Assembly (NCBI RefSeq): GCF_009914755.1
Contig: NC_060931.1
Direction: 5' to 3' (one strand)
Source of the DNA: the human T2T-CHM13v2.0 reference genome, Homo sapiens
Length of the DNA: 64,000 nt
The first letter of the stretch is position 1; the number at the start of each line of letters is the position of its first letter. The translations under genes and the position numbers were made by a program. This document shows, one piece after another, positions 57,945-64,000 of the stretch. The notes beneath the pieces are model-generated. The model had not been told where the DNA came from. It saw only the letters and a program-made list of their open reading frames with translations, and searched no databases.

Positions 57945-59250
57945 ATTTAAAAGACCTTTATAAATTCTATAATTTTATGTTTAATTGGCAGTTAAATTGG
58001 TTTTAATTTCCCTTTGGCACGCCAGACTTTTTCTCTCCATACCATATGATATAAATTTTGCTATTTGATTTTCACCTGAGGTAGTTTCCTTTAAATACAA
58101 ATTTAGGGCTATTTAGCTGACAATTGCCTAGGATGGTGAAACAGGTTATTAAGAATTTAGAAGTCTAAGAAAGAAAAGAAGTTTTAAAAATCATAACATG
58201 TACTTCTATCAGCATGCCTAATACATCTATGTATTTATGTGTTGTGTACACAACGTTTCACTACTAAAAATACATAAAAGAGCTCTAATTAATTGGCTTA
58301 AAAAATAAAAGTGCTTAAATCAGATACTTTAAAAAAAGACTAGTCAAATGCTTTTTCCAAGTTCACGTGACTTAAGAAAAATCTTTAATAAATAATTGGC
58401 TTTAAAGTTATTGGTAAAATGATATTAAAAATGTCCTAAGAATTGTTTGCATTTTTTTGCATTTATTGGTCATGTGGTTTTATGTATTCCTGCAGAATAC
58501 TATAAGATTGACCATAAGGGTTATAAAACTAGAAAGCCCATCCGAAAACAGAATAATCTTAGCTTTCGTATGCTTATGAAATATTGTTGGCTTAATGAAA
58601 ATAGTCAAATCCTGAGCTATTGGTATAAATACCCTAAATTTAACCATAAGTTTTATTACTTAATACTTGAAATTCACAGCTATAAAAATGGTTAATAGAA
58701 AAATAAATTTAAATATTTGCTATCATTGTTTTTGTAAATAATCTAGGTAAACTATTAAAGCAATCAGGTAAATGGAATAAATGCTTGAAACAAATGTCAT
58801 AATTTAGAATCTAATTTTATTAATTGATATTAAGTATCTAGATAATTTCCAATTTAAAAGTTATAGGAAAATATTTTTTAATGTTCTTATTAAATATCTT
58901 TGTCTAATTCAAAGTTTATTTAAGGTTTTATACCTTTTACCTTGTTTATACATGTTATACAAGGTTATACAGGTTATACAAGGTATACACAAGTTAAAAG
59001 GAACCAGGAAATAAAAGATGTAAAGAAAGTTAAATCTATAAAGAAGTATGTTGGTGAAGAAGATAAAAAGGAAAGTAATTTTATATAAGAAAGGATCTCA
59101 TGCGGTAAATTTCTGTCCTAAAATAAAATGACTAGATTGTTAAAGAGAGAGGGATATTTAGGACAAAACAGAAAGTCTAAGCATGTTGCGAATGGTCTAT
59201 GTAAGTCATCATAAGGAATTTTTTAAGGGGTTGTATAATTCATTTGGCTA

Positions 59251-59500
59251 TGGGAGGATCACCTGAGGTCAGGAGTTTGAGACCAGCCTGGCCAACATGG
59301 TGAAACCTTGTCTCTACTAAAAATACAAAAAAAATTAGCCTGGCATGGTGGTGTATGCCTGTAGTCTCAGCTACTCGGGAGGCTGAGGCAGAAGAATGTC
59401 TTGAACCCAGGAGACAGAGGTTGCGGGTGAGCTGAGATCACATCACTGTGCTTCAACCTGCATGACAGAGTGAGACTCAGTCTCAAAAAAAAAAAAAAAA
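59251..59500 (+). mobile_element. 5'-truncated AluSx-type inside the ERV
   Basis: ggatcacctgaggtcaggagtttgagacc; A-tail; no clear TSD. Confidence 0.93.
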
Positions 59501-62500
59501 GAAGAAGAAGAAATTATAATAGCCTTTATACAGATGGGTCTTTTATATTAAAAATACACACTAATACAAAACTAACTAATTGGTTTAAACAAGATTTTAT
59601 TACAAATATTAACTTATTTTTAATGCGAGAAGTTTTTAAATTTTTAAATTCTATAATCTGTCTCTTTAACATTCTTCAGACTGATATTTCAGAAGTTCTG
59701 TTCTTTCTCTTTCGAAAAGGCCTTGGAGCATAGCTCTCTCCCTTCACTTTTTGTTGGCTCCTATAATGTTTACTAATTATCTAAAGTAACAGAATTTTCT
59801 TTCAAAAACAGGCAAATAAAGTATCTTTTGGACATGTCTTTTTATTCTGCATGCTGTTATATCTCTATCTTTATATGTGTCATGTGAAAGTGATATTTCA
59901 CTACCAAACTAAATTAAAGGTCTCTAATCAAGTAACTTACTTAAGAAGGTACTTATCAGATTGGTAGAAGCTAGCTCAGATGCCTTTTAATTCACATGAC
60001 CTTGGTAATCTTTGGTAAAATTAATTTGGTAAATTTCATCTCAAAACCCTCCAGTAATTTAAAATCTTATAGTCATGTTAAACCCTCTGGTTCCCCATCC
60101 CCCACCACTGGAAATTTATGTTACTGAAAAGTTAAAATAGTAGGAAAATAAAATATGTTTTCGGTAAAGTTTATAAAACTCAAGGATGTTGATTTTTCTT
60201 TAAAAAAGTGAATCTAGGTTTTTTCCTCTAGTTAAAAAACTACTTAAGTGTTGCTTTAAAATAAAGAAAAAATCATACAGATAAAACAAAATAAAAGAAA
60301 CAATTAAGCTTGGGCAACAAAAGTTAATTCTAAGCCCCATGGTTACCAAGAGAGTAGTTGATATGAGGGAAGTGTAAAACCAAGCAACTGTCAAAAACCA
60401 AATGGTATAATATAAAGGAATTGTTCCATTTTGTAGATTGTTATCATCAGCTTCTTAAAAAATCTTTACTATAGTGAGTTGTAAAAATAACCCCTTTAAG
60501 AACAAAATTCTCAATTTTAAATGCTAGAGAATTTAAGAGTTTATGCAAGACCCACAGCTCACTCCTGAACAATCACTAATAATTACATGTAATCCAAATG
60601 CACAGGAAATTAGTCCAAAGAGAATGATCATCCTAGTAAAGTGGATACATGCCACTGTAAGGTCTGTCCTGAGAAAGGGTCTTCCCAACTCTCCCTATAA
60701 AATACCGAGTGAAGCACACCAGATGAAGCAGTTAATATGCTTCATATGCAAGCCATATCAGACAGGCTTTATGATAACTGGTATATCCTCCCATCAAATA
60801 TGCCTATTACCCAGGTCACAGTAAGTCTGGGGCTAAGGGGGCCCCTTTTACATTGGTGCCCCTTCCACAGAATCATAGGATTATTTAGGAAGCCTTATCA
60901 AATTTGCTGTCTCTCATAGGTCTTACAGATGCAACTCCCTACTGGGAATCCCAAACTCCTTTTCACCAGAAAAGGTAAAATGGTCTGAAGGTTAAAAAGG
61001 GTTCCTGGGATCAGAACATAAAAACATACAGGTTAATTATAAAATTATATAATTATAATTATAAAAATTAAGATATTTAAACAAGCTTTACATAAGGTAG
61101 TTGTAACCCCTTTACCTAAATGTCTTATGAAAATGGGTAATGCATCTGACTGGGGATGTTACCCCTTTCCAGTACTATAAAACTGAAGGCAAGTAAATCT
61201 GCTCTTTTAGGAAATGTTAACTGAACACACTAAATGGGAACTAGTAAAATTGCCTGAGCCCACAAAGTATAGGGTAAAAGCTGGAGTGCTAGTCGGGACA
61301 AATCCTCCAGTGCATGGCCCTTTGTGCTGAGCGTTTATTGGGGCTGATGCCAAAAATAAACTGTACTTTTCGATAACAATGACTGAACTAGAGAATTTCC
61401 ACTTGGTGGGGCATTTACTGCCTTGTGATGGAATGTTATCCGAAGCTACCCCTATGCTAATGGAAATAATATTTTCCAGAAGAGTTCTGTGACAAAAAAA
61501 AATATTATGTAAAATCTTGCTAACTGATAAGCAGAAAGCCTCTTTCCTAGAACTAATTATGAGGAGCTGCCAAATTCTACAGTGTCTGATAGACAGCTCT
61601 CCTGAGCTGTTTGGTTTGCAAATGGTATTTTCAAGGTAAACAAACATCTTGTTTAAAAGCTGCTGCTCTGGTAAAAGAAGGGTCAAGAAAATCTTTTAAG
61701 TTATTTGGGTGAAGTATGTTTTTATAAGCAAACTTATCTTTCTAAGTTCTCTAAAATTCAGATCGCAATTTTATGACAATATAGTTGTTTGCGTAAGTTC
61801 GATATAAGTTTTAAAACAAAACAATTAGAGACACTGGTTATTTTATCGAGGCTTAGACTAGAATACACTATTTTTAAATAAAGTTCCAGCAAAGCCAATT
61901 TAAAAGGAGTTTATATGGTCAATTAATTCTTGCTGCATTTTATGCAAATAATCAGGCAAGCATAATAAGCCTAAAACTTACCTTGCACACTAATTGGTCT
62001 TGCTATAATTTATCTTTAATAGAAAAAAAAAAGCAGCTCAAGAAATTGTTTCAAAGGAAAAGCATAACACATAGTGTTAGATTTTAGCCCTAAGTTGTTT
62101 TTTCGATCACAGATTGAATAATTATTCTTGGCTACAATAATCCTCTAGAGAGCACCAGATTATAATTTTTCATCATATTTTTACTTGGTGGCCTAACGGA
62201 ATGGGTTCCTTTTTCTATTCTGACACACAAATTACTCTTAAAATTGTCAAACTATACTTCCAAGGAAACCAAAATCATGGTGTTCTGAAGACCAGAGATA
62301 GGAATCTGCCTTATTTGGCATCCCACTGGGCCTAGATGTGTTTCACTACAAATGCTCTGATGCTAAAACTATACAAGCACCCTCCCTCTAGGCCCAGGGA
62401 CTATCGAGGAAGAGGTGAGTGCGTGAAATTTTAAGGGCTGATTTTGAGGGATAAAATTAGGTCAAGGTCAAACCCTGCAAATCAAGAAGGGATACAAAGA

Positions 62501-63040
62501 TGCCTAAACAGCTGGTAAGACAAGTTTAGTTGCCTTCTAAACTATTATGTGTCACCTTTGCATCCACTCCAACCATAAGGAATTTTCTACTTACTATAGA
62601 ATTAAAGGAAAATATTTACTAACAGGATAAAAATACCTTGCAACAAAGCCTCCTGGGTATTTATCCCAATTATGAGTTGTGAAGAGAAATATATTTTTAT
62701 CTAGATACATATTTTAAAATTCTTTTGCAGAACAATGCTTATGTTTTCTATAGCTAATTGCTGTAAGCCTGTAACACAAACCAAACTTACAGTAGCTCAA
62801 CACATAGAAGTTAAAAATAAGTCAGTCTTATAACTTTGACTTTTGGTTTTGTTCATTGGCTTTTTACTTAAAATAATAATTTTAAGAGGTGATGAATACC
62901 TGTCCACATCCATTCCTATCTGGCCTAGAATAATTAACTGACTATAAGTCCCTCTGCCATAGGGAGTCCTGCCAAGGGACAAAAAACAAAACAAAACAAA
63001 ACAAAAAAAACACTGTAGAGTTATATGACTTCTCCTGTGA

Positions 63041-63439
<399 letters not shown>

Positions 63440-64000
63440 CTTTATGACAATTTAGACACTGAGGATCAGGTGTTTCTTGGATTTGATTTATAACCTCCTC
63501 AGGATGTCATACCTATGGAGATAAATTAGCCTGAAGAGAGACTAAATTTGTTGAATTCTGATTTAATGCTGGTCCTACAATCCTCAAATAAGATTTATGA
63601 TAAGGTTTAAATAACCCTGATAAGGAAGGTAAACACACTGTGAGTCTGATCAAAGAATATAATGATGCATGCAGGGATTATTTTTTGGCTGCTTGGGTTG
63701 TTTACTGCCCTCTGATTTCACTTATAACCTTCCTGGATGCCTAATCTTGACTATCTTTTTGATATTTGTTACTATATTAGCATTTTATATCTCTTGTAAG
63801 TGTTATGTCAGACTCAGCAAAATGAAAAAAGGCACAATTGAAGACTCAGATCATGATAGCTCACAAAATACATCTGATCCAGGATTTTTTCTTCTTTTTT
63901 TTAGACTAAACCCTAGGCCTGACTCCATCTCACCCCTTACACAATTGGCTATTACATCAGGTCAGGGCATGTCCTCCTGCCATTATCCAAATTGCTGCTG

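Noticed and set aside
61207-61686. 159-aa minus-strand ORF in the ERV
   Set aside because: Antisense to the pol-like remnants, with no recognisable domain.

Overview
Gene-poor, AT-rich primate genomic DNA (AluY and young L1PA imply a catarrhine, probably human or great ape). I found no intact protein-coding gene: the ORF track is explained by Alu, L1, LTR and microsatellite sequence plus one decayed retrocopy. Main contents: 13 Alu segments; L1PA, L1PB and L1M fragments; a two-LTR MST MaLR provirus (8656-11031); several solo MaLR/ERVL LTRs; Tigger and hAT DNA transposons; an old HNRNPA1 processed pseudogene that includes alternative exon 7B (24619-26121); a ~200 bp (GAAA)n tract; and a MER4-group ERV from 56034 to the window end. 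I do not see a new gene system. The most interesting signals are structural: (i) a composite 'Alu 3' end + ~360 bp foreign DNA + whole Alu' under one target-site duplication (TSD), with an 11-bp iterated junction; (ii) several locally templated inverted insertions/hairpins; (iii) the retrocopy of the minor hnRNP A1B isoform, apparently with ancestral mRNA features; (iv) class III (ERV-L/HERV-S-like) gag-pro-pol remnants and a tRNA-Lys-like primer-binding site (PBS) inside a MER4-LTR element. Repeat subfamily names come from recalled consensus sequences and need RepeatMasker/Dfam confirmation.
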